Shown: positions 10,729-20,255 of the stretch, piece after piece | How the letters are laid out: each line of letters starts with the position of its first letter | Numbering within the stretch: position 1 is the stretch's first letter | Translations under genes and position numbers: made by a program | Notes under the pieces: model-generated | What the model was told of the DNA's origin: nothing | What the model saw: only the letters and a program-made list of their open reading frames with translations | Databases searched by the model: none | Assembly (NCBI GenBank): GCA_965247115.1 | Contig: CBDFGR010000001.1 | Location: forward strand, 224,001 to 288,000 | Origin: Myxococcota bacterium | GTDB taxonomy: Bacteria; Myxococcota_A; UBA9160; SZUA-336 | Length of the DNA: 64,000 bases | Reading direction: 5' to 3'

Positions 10729-11736
10729 ATGCGGCGCGCAGCGAGGATTCTGGCGCTCTGCGCTGCTCAGCTCTTGATGCCTCCGGACGCTCCGGCCCAA
10801 GAGCTCGACACGAACTGCATGGGCGAGGTCTGCGTCCAGCCTATCCAGGACGGGAACTCGGTCAGCTTCGACGCAATCAACAGCTCCGCGGCGCCCGTGA
10901 CCGTCACCATCCGTTTCACCTCACTCGCGAACCTGACGCCGTATCCGAGCCTGCCCCCCGTCCACATCGTCCAGCCGCGCGCCTACGCCCGCGTCGCCCA
11001 GTTCGTGGCCGCGAATCCTGCGGCGCGCTGGGCCTTCCGGTACAACTGGTCCTGGGTGATGGGCGATGCGAGCGCTCGCCACAACGACTCCACCCTGTAC
11101 CGGATGCCCTTCGGGGGACACGAACCGCGTCCAGTAACGCAGGGGAACAACGGCCTCTACTCGCACACGGGCGCGCATCGCTACGCCGTCGACTTCGGCA
11201 TGCCCGTCGGTACCCCGATCCTGGCCGCGCGGGGCGGCCTCGTCGTCCGCGTGATGGATGGGTACACCAGGGCCGGGATCAGCGACGAGTTCCTGAGCAA
11301 GGCGAACGCCGTGCTCGTTCTACACGACGACCGAACGATGGCCACCTATGCGCATCTGGACCCCGGCTCCGGCGTACGCGAGGGCATGCATGTGCGCACG
11401 GGGGACGTGGTCGGGTTCAGCGGCAACACGGGCTACTCGACAGGACCGCACCTGCACTTCGAGGTCTGGAAGATCGACTCGAGCGGCGCCCTGGCGACGC
11501 TGCCCGTTCGCTTCTACGATCGGGTCAGAGGAGCCGTGGCGCCGAAGACGCGCTGGTCCTACCAGCCGGGCTGCAATCCCCGCTGGATTCCCTGCCAGCC
11601 CAACGAGCTGCCTGCCGAGCTGAGTCCCGCCAATTCCGGGCACGTGACCCGCAGTGACGATGGGACCTGTCGCTGCCCGAACGGCTCGGTGATCACGACG
11701 CACCTGCCATGTCGGATGGTGTGCCCGCGACGCTGA
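10729..11736 (+). CDS. Exported M23 family peptidase with Cys-rich tail
   Basis: Signal peptide, H..YAVDF, YAHL, STGPHLHFEV. Confidence 0.88.
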   Translation: MRRAARILALCAAQLLMPPDAPAQELDTNCMGEVCVQPIQDGNSVSFDAINSSAAPVTVTIRFTSLANLTPYPSLPPVHIVQPRAYARVAQFVAANPAARWAFRYNWSWVMGDASARHNDSTLYRMPFGGHEPRPVTQGNNGLYSHTGAHRYAVDFGMPVGTPILAARGGLVVRVMDGYTRAGISDEFLSKANAVLVLHDDRTMATYAHLDPGSGVREGMHVRTGDVVGFSGNTGYSTGPHLHFEVWKIDSSGALATLPVRFYDRVRGAVAPKTRWSYQPGCNPRWIPCQPNELPAELSPANSGHVTRSDDGTCRCPNGSVITTHLPCRMVCPRR

Positions 11737-11742
11737 CCTCTC

Positions 11743-12141
11743 CTATTCCTCTGGCTCCAGCACGAGCGCCGCCGAGTTCAAGCAGAAACGCTCTCCGGTC
11801 GGGGCCGGCCCGTCTGGAAAGAGGTGCCCGAGGTGGGCGTCGCAGCGTTTGCAGGCGACCTCGACGCGGTGCATGCCGTGGCTCTGATCGGCGCGTGTCT
11901 CGATCGCGTCCGGATCGAGCGGCTGGAAGAAGCTCGGCCAACCCGTGCCCGAGTCGAACTTGGCCTCGGAGCTGAACAGCGGGGTCTGGCAGCAGACACA
12001 GCGGTACGTGCCGGGCTCCTTGGAGTCGTGGTAGATGCCGGTGAACGCCAGCTCCGTGCCCTGCTCCCGCGTGATCGCGTACTGCTGCTCGCTGAGCTGA
12101 CTCCGCCACTCTTCCTCGTTCTTCACGATCTTCTCTGTCAT
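11743..12141 (-). CDS. msrB: Peptide methionine-(R)-sulfoxide reductase
   Basis: [30 protein letters not shown]. Confidence 0.97.
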   Translation of the reverse strand: MTEKIVKNEEEWRSQLSEQQYAITREQGTELAFTGIYHDSKEPGTYRCVCCQTPLFSSEAKFDSGTGWPSFFQPLDPDAIETRADQSHGMHRVEVACKRCDAHLGHLFPDGPAPTGERFCLNSAALVLEPEE

Positions 12142-12225
12142 GGCTCCCTTCCTCTTCTGCCCCATCATGCCCGTCCGAGTACCGCCGGACCAGCGCGCTC
12201 GACCTCAGGATCTCTCGTTACGCGG

Positions 12226-12498
12226 TCAGCTCAACCGCGCGCGGACGGCCGGCGGCAGCCAGTGCTGCTCGAGCCAGTCCGTGCGATGGGTCTTGAGTGC
12301 TTCCGCCAGCACATCGATCCGCAAGTCGAGGGGATCGGTCGCCGAGAGCACGACCCATACCTCGCCGCGGACACGACAGGCAGCACTGGCCACACCGAGC
12401 TCGAGCTGGGCGGCGCGCGTCGGCTCGAGCGTACGCACCTCGAGTTCGGTCACCTGTGCGAGCTCGACCAGGGCCTGTAGGAGCTCGGGATTGGTCAC
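12226..12498 (-). CDS. Hypothetical protein
   Basis: Compact ORF filling the gap between fxsA and msrB on the same strand; start uncertain. Confidence 0.6.
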   Translation of the reverse strand: MTNPELLQALVELAQVTELEVRTLEPTRAAQLELGVASAACRVRGEVWVVLSATDPLDLRIDVLAEALKTHRTDWLEQHWLPPAVRARLS

Positions 12499-12546
12499 GC
12501 GGGGAGAGGGTAGCAAGCGGTGAACAGGCTGGCTCCGCCGTCGCGC

Positions 12547-12990
12547 TCAGGGCTCCCCCCGCGGTGTTCGTTCGCGCTGGAAATCCGCGTCTACGGACTC
12601 CTCGAACCCCTCCACAATGATGCGTTGCTCCAGCAGGGCACGCTCGAAGCGGCGCCGCAGTCCCGCCTTGATCAGACTGCGGAAGCCGGGAACGAGACAC
12701 AGGAACCCGATCACGTCGGTCAGGATGCCGGGCGTGACGAGCAGCGCGCCCGCCACCAGCACGATCACCCCGTCGAGGAGTGAGCTCGCCGGCAGGCCGC
12801 CGCTCGAGAGCTCGCTCTGGAAGCGGCGCAGGACCTGGAGCCCCTGCTGACGTGCGAGCGTTGCGCCCAGCACGCCCGTCACGACGATCAGGCCGATGGT
12901 GGCGGCGGTGCCGATCCGGCTCCCGATCTCGATCAGCAGGGCCAGCTCGAGTGCCGGAACCAGCGTGAAGAGCAGGATCAGTCGAGCCAT
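12547..12990 (-). CDS. fxsA: FxsA family membrane protein
   Basis: LFTLVPALEL, GALLVTPGILTDVIG. Confidence 0.92.
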   Translation of the reverse strand: MARLILLFTLVPALELALLIEIGSRIGTAATIGLIVVTGVLGATLARQQGLQVLRRFQSELSSGGLPASSLLDGVIVLVAGALLVTPGILTDVIGFLCLVPGFRSLIKAGLRRRFERALLEQRIIVEGFEESVDADFQRERTPRGEP

Positions 12991-13005
12991 GGGCCACGAG
13001 CTCGC

Positions 13006-14382
13006 TCACGCGAGCAGCGCTGGACACTCCTCTTCGATCGCGGGTCGGAGCTCGTCGAGGGTCTCCGTCAGCGCGGCGGCGGCGTGATCCACCTCGGCTT
13101 CTCCCATGGGTGTCGAGATGCAGTACATGAGCCGTCCCGCTCCGAACACCCCGCGGCGTAGCATGCCCAGGTGCAGGAGCTCCGAAACCCGCCCCGACTC
13201 GATCATGGCCTGTACCGTGTCTCGGGCATTGCGGATGGGCCGGTCGCTCAGGTGGATCAAGGAGAGCGACCCGAGCCCGGTGGCCTGACCGCGGACGCCG
13301 GACTGCCGGAACGCGGTGTTGAAGCCAGCACGCAGCCGCTCGCCGAGCCCGTTGATGCGATCGACATCGTCGGAAGCATAGTGACGGAGCGCGGCGATCC
13401 CGGCCGCCATGGTGAGCGGGTTTCCGCTGAACGTGCCGGCGTGCATGACCGTGTCGCGACGGTCCGGGTTGAACTGCTCCACGAGATCGCGCCGGCCGCC
13501 GAAAGCCCCGATCGGCAGTCCGCCGCCGATGATCTTCCCCATCGCCGTCAGGTCCGGCGCCACACCGCTCCGCTCCTGCAGCCCGCCAAGCGCCACGCGA
13601 AGGGTCACGACCTCGTCGAAGACGAGCATCACCTCGTTCTCGAGCGTGATCTCGCGCAGCGCGGCCAGGTAGCCGGGCTCGGGAGGAACCATTCCCATCC
13701 CGCCCAGCATCGGCTCCAGGATCAGTGCGCAGATCTCGTCGGCCCCTGCCTCGATCTGGCGGCGGGTGATCTCGGGCTCGTTGAACGGCGTCACGATCAC
13801 GTCGGCAAGCGAGCTGTCGGAGAAGCTGCGATCGGGGATCACCGCTGCGGGACTGTCGAGGGGCCCGGACTTGCCAGGGGTCGGGACCAGGCTGATCTCG
13901 CCGAAGTCGTGACTCCCGTGGTATCCCCCCTCCACCTTCATGACCTTGGGCTTGCCGTTCCAGGCCCTGGCGGCTCGGACACACAATGCGGTGGCCTCGG
14001 TGCCGGAGCTACAGAAACGAAGCTCCTCGAGCGAGGGCACGCGCTCGCAGAGCAGCCGCGCCAGCTCGACCTGCGTATCCGTCGGCGCGGCGTACGCCGA
14101 ACCAATGGACATCTGCTCAGCAACGGCGGCGACGGTGGGCGGGTGCGCGTGCCCGTGGATCAGCGACGTGAAGTTGTTCATGAAGTCCAGGTACTCGTGA
14201 CCATCGGCGTCGCTGAGCCGGCAACCCCCGCCTCGCACAATGAACGCGGGGTAGGGGCGGTAGTGGGCGCTGGCGCGTGTGTCTCCGCCGGGCATGACCT
14301 TTCGAGCCCCCTCCATCAGCTTCTCGGAGCTGCGGGTCCAGTCGCGATAGGCCTCGATCAGTCGATCTGCGCTCGCCGCCAT
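13006..14382 (-). CDS. Class III aminotransferase (GSA aminomutase-like)
   Basis: SGTEA, FDEVVT, PLP lysine motif DLTAMGKIIGGGLPIG, GTFSGNP. Confidence 0.9.
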   Translation of the reverse strand: MAASADRLIEAYRDWTRSSEKLMEGARKVMPGGDTRASAHYRPYPAFIVRGGGCRLSDADGHEYLDFMNNFTSLIHGHAHPPTVAAVAEQMSIGSAYAAPTDTQVELARLLCERVPSLEELRFCSSGTEATALCVRAARAWNGKPKVMKVEGGYHGSHDFGEISLVPTPGKSGPLDSPAAVIPDRSFSDSSLADVIVTPFNEPEITRRQIEAGADEICALILEPMLGGMGMVPPEPGYLAALREITLENEVMLVFDEVVTLRVALGGLQERSGVAPDLTAMGKIIGGGLPIGAFGGRRDLVEQFNPDRRDTVMHAGTFSGNPLTMAAGIAALRHYASDDVDRINGLGERLRAGFNTAFRQSGVRGQATGLGSLSLIHLSDRPIRNARDTVQAMIESGRVSELLHLGMLRRGVFGAGRLMYCISTPMGEAEVDHAAAALTETLDELRPAIEEECPALLA

Positions 14383-14470
14383 CGACCCAATCTACACCGC
14401 GGGCGAAGCCAAATCCCAGCCCTTGTTGGCCCTGCGCCAAAGTGCGAGCTTCCTCGGTGGAGGAGGCTCC

Positions 14471-15565
14471 ATGAGCAGCGAGCAGGCGTTCGAAGCTCCT
14501 CGAGCCGGGCGGCTCGAGTTCACATCTGACGAGCTGCTGGCGGAGGCAGCCTACGACGAGCCGCTCGACGCGGCCGGGATCCGCTGCCACGGGGGGTTTG
14601 TCGCCGGGCGCTATCAATCTCCTCGGGCGCTCTACCGTGGACCGGCAATCGCGAGCTGGCAAGCACGCCTGCGTCAAGAAGGTGAGCCCCTGCTTCACCT
14701 CCCAACCGAGTATGTCCCGCCCCACTACCCGAACTACCCCCAGGCGAAGCTCCTCTTGCAGGAAGGGATCGCACCGCCGATCGCGCGCGCCCTCACGATC
14801 ATCTCCATCGTCGAGGGCTTCGGCGCCCGCATCCGTGAGGTGCGACTGCCGGACCTGCACAGGTCGATCAAGGAGGACCTCGCCGGCACCGCCCTGGCCC
14901 ACCTGGAGGGCGGGCTGTTCGAGGCGCACGCTCGCGACGAGGCCGGCCACCGCGACCAGGGCGGACACAAGCAGATGTGGGAGGCTGCGCGCGATCTCGG
15001 ACTCGACAAGCCAGAAATTCCGGACGATGTGCTCATGCGGATGATGATGCGCGGATCTCGCCCTCCGCGGCGGCGTGCGTTTCCGGCGCTCTCGCCCCGT
15101 CTGGAGGACGCGATCACCTTCATGGCCACGGTGATGGTCCTCGAGATCTTCGCAGAGGACGTGTTCGAGTGGGCGAAGGATCTGCTCGGCGATCCGGAGG
15201 TCTCGGCAGATCCCGTCGGTGCTGCCGCGATGGTTGCGAACATCCAGGCAGACGAGAAGCCACACGTCGAGTACCTGCGCACGGCGCTCTCGGAGCTGCG
15301 CGCGCGCACCCTGATTGCCGAGGACGGCAAGACCGAGCTTCCGGGAGCGGAGGTCATCGACCGGATCTTCGAGAGCAGCCTGCGCGAGGCGGCGACGCGA
15401 CGCCCGCAGAAGGAGCGCGAGGATCTGCGGCGCGAGATTCGCGAGGCCATCAGCGATGGCCCGCGCGCCAGCGAGATCGCGAGGACCTTCGAGAACCTCG
15501 ACTCGGGCTGGGTGTTCCCGGCGCCCGATGACGAGCGTCTCGACCTGCTGCTCGAGAGCGCATGA
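14471..15565 (+). CDS. Ferritin-like di-iron carboxylate protein of unknown function
   Basis: GGAGGAGG RBS; paired E...DExxH motifs (IVEGF..RDEAGH; LEIFAE..ADEKPH). Confidence 0.65.
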   Translation: MSSEQAFEAPRAGRLEFTSDELLAEAAYDEPLDAAGIRCHGGFVAGRYQSPRALYRGPAIASWQARLRQEGEPLLHLPTEYVPPHYPNYPQAKLLLQEGIAPPIARALTIISIVEGFGARIREVRLPDLHRSIKEDLAGTALAHLEGGLFEAHARDEAGHRDQGGHKQMWEAARDLGLDKPEIPDDVLMRMMMRGSRPPRRRAFPALSPRLEDAITFMATVMVLEIFAEDVFEWAKDLLGDPEVSADPVGAAAMVANIQADEKPHVEYLRTALSELRARTLIAEDGKTELPGAEVIDRIFESSLREAATRRPQKEREDLRREIREAISDGPRASEIARTFENLDSGWVFPAPDDERLDLLLESA

Positions 15566-16872
15566 CCCTGCCGCAAGAGCTCGCAGAGCGTGCCTACCGC
15601 TCGCTGCGGATCGGCTTCACCGCCCTCTGCGTCTGGCTGCGGCTGAAGCTGCCCAGAGGCTGGGATCGCCTGCGCGGCCGCGCTCGGGCCGAGCGCGACA
15701 TGACTCCCTTTCACCAGCGCAACGCCGACCAGATCTTCCGGACGGCCACGGCGCTGCGTGGGCTCCTGATCAAGATGTGTCAGGTCGTGGGCACACGTTC
15801 CGACGTGTTCCCGCCCGCCTACGTGCAAACGCTCTCGCAAGCCCAGGACCGTCTGCCGCCGCGCTCCTTCGAGGAGATCCGCGGCGTCGTGGAAGGGGAC
15901 TTCCAGAAGCCCCTCGACGCGCTCTTCGCGGACTTCGAGCAGCAGCCGGTCGCCGCCGCATCTCTTGCCCAGGTGCATCGGGCCAAGCTCCTGGATGGGC
16001 GGGGCGTCGCCGTGAAGGTCCAGTACTCCGACATCGAGCACATCGTGCGCACCGACCTCGCCGCGACGCGGCGCATCTGCCGGCTGTACGAACGCCTGGA
16101 CCCACAGCCACTCGAGCTGTTGCCGCTGCTCGACGAGATGCAGAAGCATCTCGAGCTCGAGCTCGACTTCCGCCGCGAGGTGGAGAGCGCGGATCGGGTT
16201 CGTGAGCTCTTCCAGGGGGACGACCGAGTGATCATCCCGAAGATCCACTACGAGCTCTCGACACGGCGGGTCATCACGATGGAGTTCGTGAGCGGGATCA
16301 AGGTGACCGAGAAGGAGCAGCTCCTCGCCGCGGGGATCGACCCACGCGCCGTCGTCGACGGGCTGATGACGATCTACAACCAGATGATTCTCGCCTACGG
16401 CTTCTTCCAGGCGGATCCCCATCCGGGGAACATCTTCGTCCAGCCCGGGCCGCGCTTCGTGATCCTCGACTTCGGACTCTCGAAGCAGCTGCCCCGCGGC
16501 TTCGGCCTCGGCATCTTCGAGCTGATGTTCTCGATGATGACGCTGAACGAGTCGGCCATGGTGCGGGCGTTCAACGAGCTCGGCTTCCGCACGAAGACGG
16601 GGGACTCGAATACGTACCTGGAGATGGCGCATCGGATGATCGACGCATCCGACGGAGGGACGTTCCGCGGCGAGTTCACGGAGGAGATGACGGACGAGCT
16701 CTTCCAGGCGATCCGCGAGAACCCGATCGTGGAGGTGCCGACGGACTTCGTGCTCGTGGCGCGTGCGTTCTCGCTGCTGTCGGGGATCGCTCATACGCTG
16801 GGGCACCGGGCGAACGTGCTCGAGACCATGGGTGGGGGCGGAGCTAGCAGCGCTGCTTCTGGGGGGGAGTAG
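15562..16872 (+). CDS. AarF/ABC1/UbiB family atypical kinase
   Basis: AAASLAQVHRA, VAVKVQY, FQADPHPGN, LDFG. Confidence 0.93.
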   Translation: MTLPQELAERAYRSLRIGFTALCVWLRLKLPRGWDRLRGRARAERDMTPFHQRNADQIFRTATALRGLLIKMCQVVGTRSDVFPPAYVQTLSQAQDRLPPRSFEEIRGVVEGDFQKPLDALFADFEQQPVAAASLAQVHRAKLLDGRGVAVKVQYSDIEHIVRTDLAATRRICRLYERLDPQPLELLPLLDEMQKHLELELDFRREVESADRVRELFQGDDRVIIPKIHYELSTRRVITMEFVSGIKVTEKEQLLAAGIDPRAVVDGLMTIYNQMILAYGFFQADPHPGNIFVQPGPRFVILDFGLSKQLPRGFGLGIFELMFSMMTLNESAMVRAFNELGFRTKTGDSNTYLEMAHRMIDASDGGTFRGEFTEEMTDELFQAIRENPIVEVPTDFVLVARAFSLLSGIAHTLGHRANVLETMGGGGASSAASGGE

Positions 16873-16892
16873 CGGACTTCCTAGGCAGGGGC

Positions 16893-17012
16893 GGGCGTCG
16901 GAGGTCGGGATCTTCCGCCGCCGGACAACGCTCCTTGCGTTCTCGGGGATTGGGGTCGCCTCGGGAACCGCTAACACTGTCCGGCGGGGGAAGATCCCGA
17001 CCTCCGACGCCC
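16893..17012. repeat. REPIN-like palindrome copy 1 (35-bp inverted arms, 1 mismatch, 50-bp spacer)
   Basis: GGGCGTCGGAGGTCGGGATCTTCCGCCGCCGGACA (16893-16927) vs TGTCCGGCGGGGGAAGATCCCGACCTCCGACGCCC (16978-17012). Confidence 0.9.
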
Positions 17013-17097
17013 TGATGCCACTCGGGGTCTCCTGCGGTTTCCACTCGGGGTGACGCGGTGTAGACTCCTTGGTGGCTTTTGTTTGGAGGATCCCCCT

Positions 17098-18483
17098 TTG
17101 GCCGGAATTACTCGTTACGGGAGCTATGTCCCCTACTTTCGCCTGACCAGAGCCGCTATCGGTGGCGGGCAGGGGGAGCGGGCCGTGGCGAGCTACGACG
17201 AGGACTCCGTCTCGATGGCGGTCGAGGCGGCGCGCGACGCGGTTCGGGGCGCGCCCGCTGTCGACGCCGTGATCCTCGCGACTACCAGCCCGCCGTATGC
17301 CGAGAAGTTGAACGCGGCGATGTTGCAGGCCGCGCTTGACCTGCCCTCTGGAGTGCGATCGCTCGAGCTCGGCGCTTCCTCGCGCATGGGGCTGGCGGCG
17401 CTGCTGCTCGGGGCAGACATCGCGACTGCGGGGGATCGCGCACTCGTGTGCGCGTCAGACGTGATCATCGGTGCGCCGGGTGGAGCACGCGAAAGTCAGA
17501 GTGGGGACGCGGCGGTCGCGTTCCTGACGGGGGGCGATGATGAGGCCGTTGCACGCTTCATCGGGCGCGCGTCGGCCACCACCGAGGTGCTCGATGTATG
17601 GCGGCTCCCCGAGGACGCTTTCGCGAAGCAGTGGGAAGAGCGGTTCGGGGCGAGCATTCTCGGGCCGGTGCTGAACGACACGGCGACCCGGGCGCTGCAG
17701 GCCTCGGGTGTCGAGCCGACCGATCTCAAGACGGTGATCGCCGACTCGACGAACGCGCGAGCGACGGCCGGGCTGCCACGAGCCCTTGGGCTCAAGCCGG
17801 AGCAGCTCGCAGATAACCTGGCGGCTGGTGTCGGGCGCTGCGGCGTCGCGCACGCAGGCCTGCTGCTCGCACGCGCGCTCGACGAGGCGAGCCCTGGCGA
17901 TCGGATCCTGGTGCTCTCCGCAGGAGATGGCTGCGACGCGGTGGTGCTCGAGGTGACGGAGCGGATCGCCAGTGGTCGTCCGCGCCACAGTGTGAACGGG
18001 TGGATCGCGTCCCATCGCAACGATCTCCCGTACAACTCGTATCTCAAGTGGCGTGGGATCCTGCCTTTCGAGCCGCCCCGGCGGCCGGATCCGGACCGGC
18101 CGGGCGCCCCGCCGATCGCACGCTCCTATTCGTGGAAGTACGCGTTCGTCGGCTCGCGCTGCGAGGAGTGCGGCGCGGGTCACCTCCCGCCGCAGCGCGT
18201 CTGTGTCAAGTGTGCGGCGGTCGATCGCATGAAGCGGGAGCCGTACGCGGACACACCGGGGAAGATCGCGACCTACACCTTCGATCACCTGGCCTACTCG
18301 ATGCAGCCCCCGGTGGTGGCGGCGATCGTGGACTACGAGGGCGGCGGCCGCCTGAGCTGTGAGCTGACCGACGTCGACCCCCAGGATGTCGAGATCGGAA
18401 ACGAGTTGGAGATGACCTTTCGACGCCTCTACACAGGGCAGGGCGTACACAATTACTTCTGGAAGGCGCGCCCGCGGCGCTAG
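17098..18483 (+). CDS. HMG-CoA-synthase-like domain fused to DUF35 (Zn-ribbon + OB-fold)
   Basis: GI..YGSYVPYFRL, YDEDSVSMAVEA; CEECG..LPPQRVCVKC and OB-fold ending NYFWKARP; TTG start after GGAGGA. Confidence 0.88.
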   Translation: MAGITRYGSYVPYFRLTRAAIGGGQGERAVASYDEDSVSMAVEAARDAVRGAPAVDAVILATTSPPYAEKLNAAMLQAALDLPSGVRSLELGASSRMGLAALLLGADIATAGDRALVCASDVIIGAPGGARESQSGDAAVAFLTGGDDEAVARFIGRASATTEVLDVWRLPEDAFAKQWEERFGASILGPVLNDTATRALQASGVEPTDLKTVIADSTNARATAGLPRALGLKPEQLADNLAAGVGRCGVAHAGLLLARALDEASPGDRILVLSAGDGCDAVVLEVTERIASGRPRHSVNGWIASHRNDLPYNSYLKWRGILPFEPPRRPDPDRPGAPPIARSYSWKYAFVGSRCEECGAGHLPPQRVCVKCAAVDRMKREPYADTPGKIATYTFDHLAYSMQPPVVAAIVDYEGGGRLSCELTDVDPQDVEIGNELEMTFRRLYTGQGVHNYFWKARPRR

Positions 18484-18495
18484 AGGAGCAACGGT

Positions 18496-19671
18496 ATGGC
18501 GAGCAAAGGGATTTGCGATCGCGTGGCCATCGTCGGGATGGGCTGCACGCCTTTCGGCGAGCACTGGGACAAGGGAGCGGATGACCTGCTGGTCGATGCC
18601 GGTACCGAGGCGTTCCAATCGGCGCAAGTCGATGCGGATACGGTGGACGCCTACTGGCTCGGAACCGCGGGCAGTGGGAGCTCGGGCATCATGCTGTCCG
18701 AAGCCCTCAAGCTCCCCTACAAGCCGGTCAGCCGGCTCGAGAACATGTGCGCGACGGGGAGCGAGGCGATGCGCAACGCGGCGTACGCTGTGGCGAGCGG
18801 TGCCTACGACCTGGTCATGGCGATCGGCGTGGAGAAGCTCAAGGACTCCGGCTTCTCTGGCTTGACCGGCAGCAGGCCTCCGTCCGACGGAACGCAGTCG
18901 AGCATGACGGCGCCGGCCACGTTCTCGCTGCTCGCTCCCGCCTACGCCAAGAAGTACGGCGTGGACGAGGAGACGCTGCGCGAGGTGCTGACGCGAATCG
19001 CCTGGAAGAACCACAAGAACGGTGCAAAGAACCCGAAGGCGCAGTTCCAGAAGGAGGTTTCCAAGGAGAAGATCGAGGCTTCGCCGAAGGTTGCGGGCAT
19101 GCTCGGCATCTTCGACTGCTCGGGGGTGAGCGACGGCTCTGCCGCCGCTATTCTGTGTCGGGCCGAAGACGCGCATCGCTACACGGACCATCCGATCTTC
19201 ATCAAGGCGCTGTCGTTCGTGGCGGGGCCCTCCGAGGGATACTTCAGCCAGGACTACGATTTCACGACCTTCCCGGAGGTGGTGGCGAGCGCAGAGGACG
19301 CCTACAAGCAGGCCGGCGTCACGAACCCGCGCGACGAGATCAGCATGGCCGAGGTGCATGACTGCTTCACGCCGACGGAGCTCGTGCTGATGGAGGACAT
19401 GGGGTTCTCGCCGCGGGGCCAGGCCTGGAAGGACGTCCTGGAGGGGCGCTTCGACGGCGACGGCCCCCAGCCCATCAACGTCGACGGCGGCCTGAAGAGC
19501 TTCGGACATCCGATCGGGGCCAGCGGACTGCGAATGATGTACGAGATGTGGCTGCAGCTGCGCGGCGAAGCGGGCGAGCGCCAGATCGCCGATCCTCAGC
19601 TCGGCGTGACGCACAACCTGGGCGGGGCCCCGGGACGCTGCGTGAGCTTCGTCTCCATCGTCGGGAAGTAG
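18496..19671 (+). CDS. Non-decarboxylating thiolase-like acyltransferase (SCP2/PhlC type)
   Basis: [33 protein letters not shown]. Confidence 0.92.
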   Translation: MASKGICDRVAIVGMGCTPFGEHWDKGADDLLVDAGTEAFQSAQVDADTVDAYWLGTAGSGSSGIMLSEALKLPYKPVSRLENMCATGSEAMRNAAYAVASGAYDLVMAIGVEKLKDSGFSGLTGSRPPSDGTQSSMTAPATFSLLAPAYAKKYGVDEETLREVLTRIAWKNHKNGAKNPKAQFQKEVSKEKIEASPKVAGMLGIFDCSGVSDGSAAAILCRAEDAHRYTDHPIFIKALSFVAGPSEGYFSQDYDFTTFPEVVASAEDAYKQAGVTNPRDEISMAEVHDCFTPTELVLMEDMGFSPRGQAWKDVLEGRFDGDGPQPINVDGGLKSFGHPIGASGLRMMYEMWLQLRGEAGERQIADPQLGVTHNLGGAPGRCVSFVSIVGK

Positions 19672-19687
19672 CGCCAAGCCAGCGTCC

Positions 19688-20245
19688 GTGAAGTTCACGA
19701 AAACGGAGCTGCCGGGAGTCATCCTGGTCGAGCCAGACGTCTATCGCGACGCCCGCGGCTTCCTGTTTGAGTCCTACCACGCCGAAAAGTACGCCGAGGG
19801 GGGAATCCGGGAGCGCTTCGTCCAGGACAACCACTCGCTCTCGGAGCGCGGCACCCTGAGAGGCATCCACGTCCAGCTGGCTCGGTTGCAGGGAAAGCTC
19901 GTGCGGGTGATCGAGGGCGAGGTCCTGGACGTCGCTCTCGACATCCGCAGGGGCTCCCCGAGCTTCGCCAAGCACACGAGTGTCGTGCTGTCGGCGGAGA
20001 GCTTCCGCCAGCTGTACATCCCGCCGGGCTTCGCGCACGCGTTCCTCGTCACGAGCGAGACGGCCCAGGTCGAGTACAAGTGCACGGACCACTACGACCC
20101 GTCTAGCGATATCTCGATCGCCTGGAACGATCCAGACCTTGCCATTGCGTGGCCGATCTCCGATCCCATCCTGTCGAGCCGGGACGCGGCGGCACCGCAG
20201 CTGCGGGACCTCGTCGACCGGCTGCCCGTCTACACCCCGGCCTGA
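19688..20245 (+). CDS. rfbC: dTDP-4-dehydrorhamnose 3,5-epimerase
   Basis: [34 protein letters not shown]. Confidence 0.95.
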   Translation: MKFTKTELPGVILVEPDVYRDARGFLFESYHAEKYAEGGIRERFVQDNHSLSERGTLRGIHVQLARLQGKLVRVIEGEVLDVALDIRRGSPSFAKHTSVVLSAESFRQLYIPPGFAHAFLVTSETAQVEYKCTDHYDPSSDISIAWNDPDLAIAWPISDPILSSRDAAAPQLRDLVDRLPVYTPA

Positions 20246-20255
20246 CGCGCCCGGC

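Noticed and set aside
14734..19722. Long minus-strand ORFs (747 aa and 755 aa) and similar long antisense ORFs elsewhere
   Set aside because: Typical high-GC shadows opposite well-supported genes; no recognisable motifs
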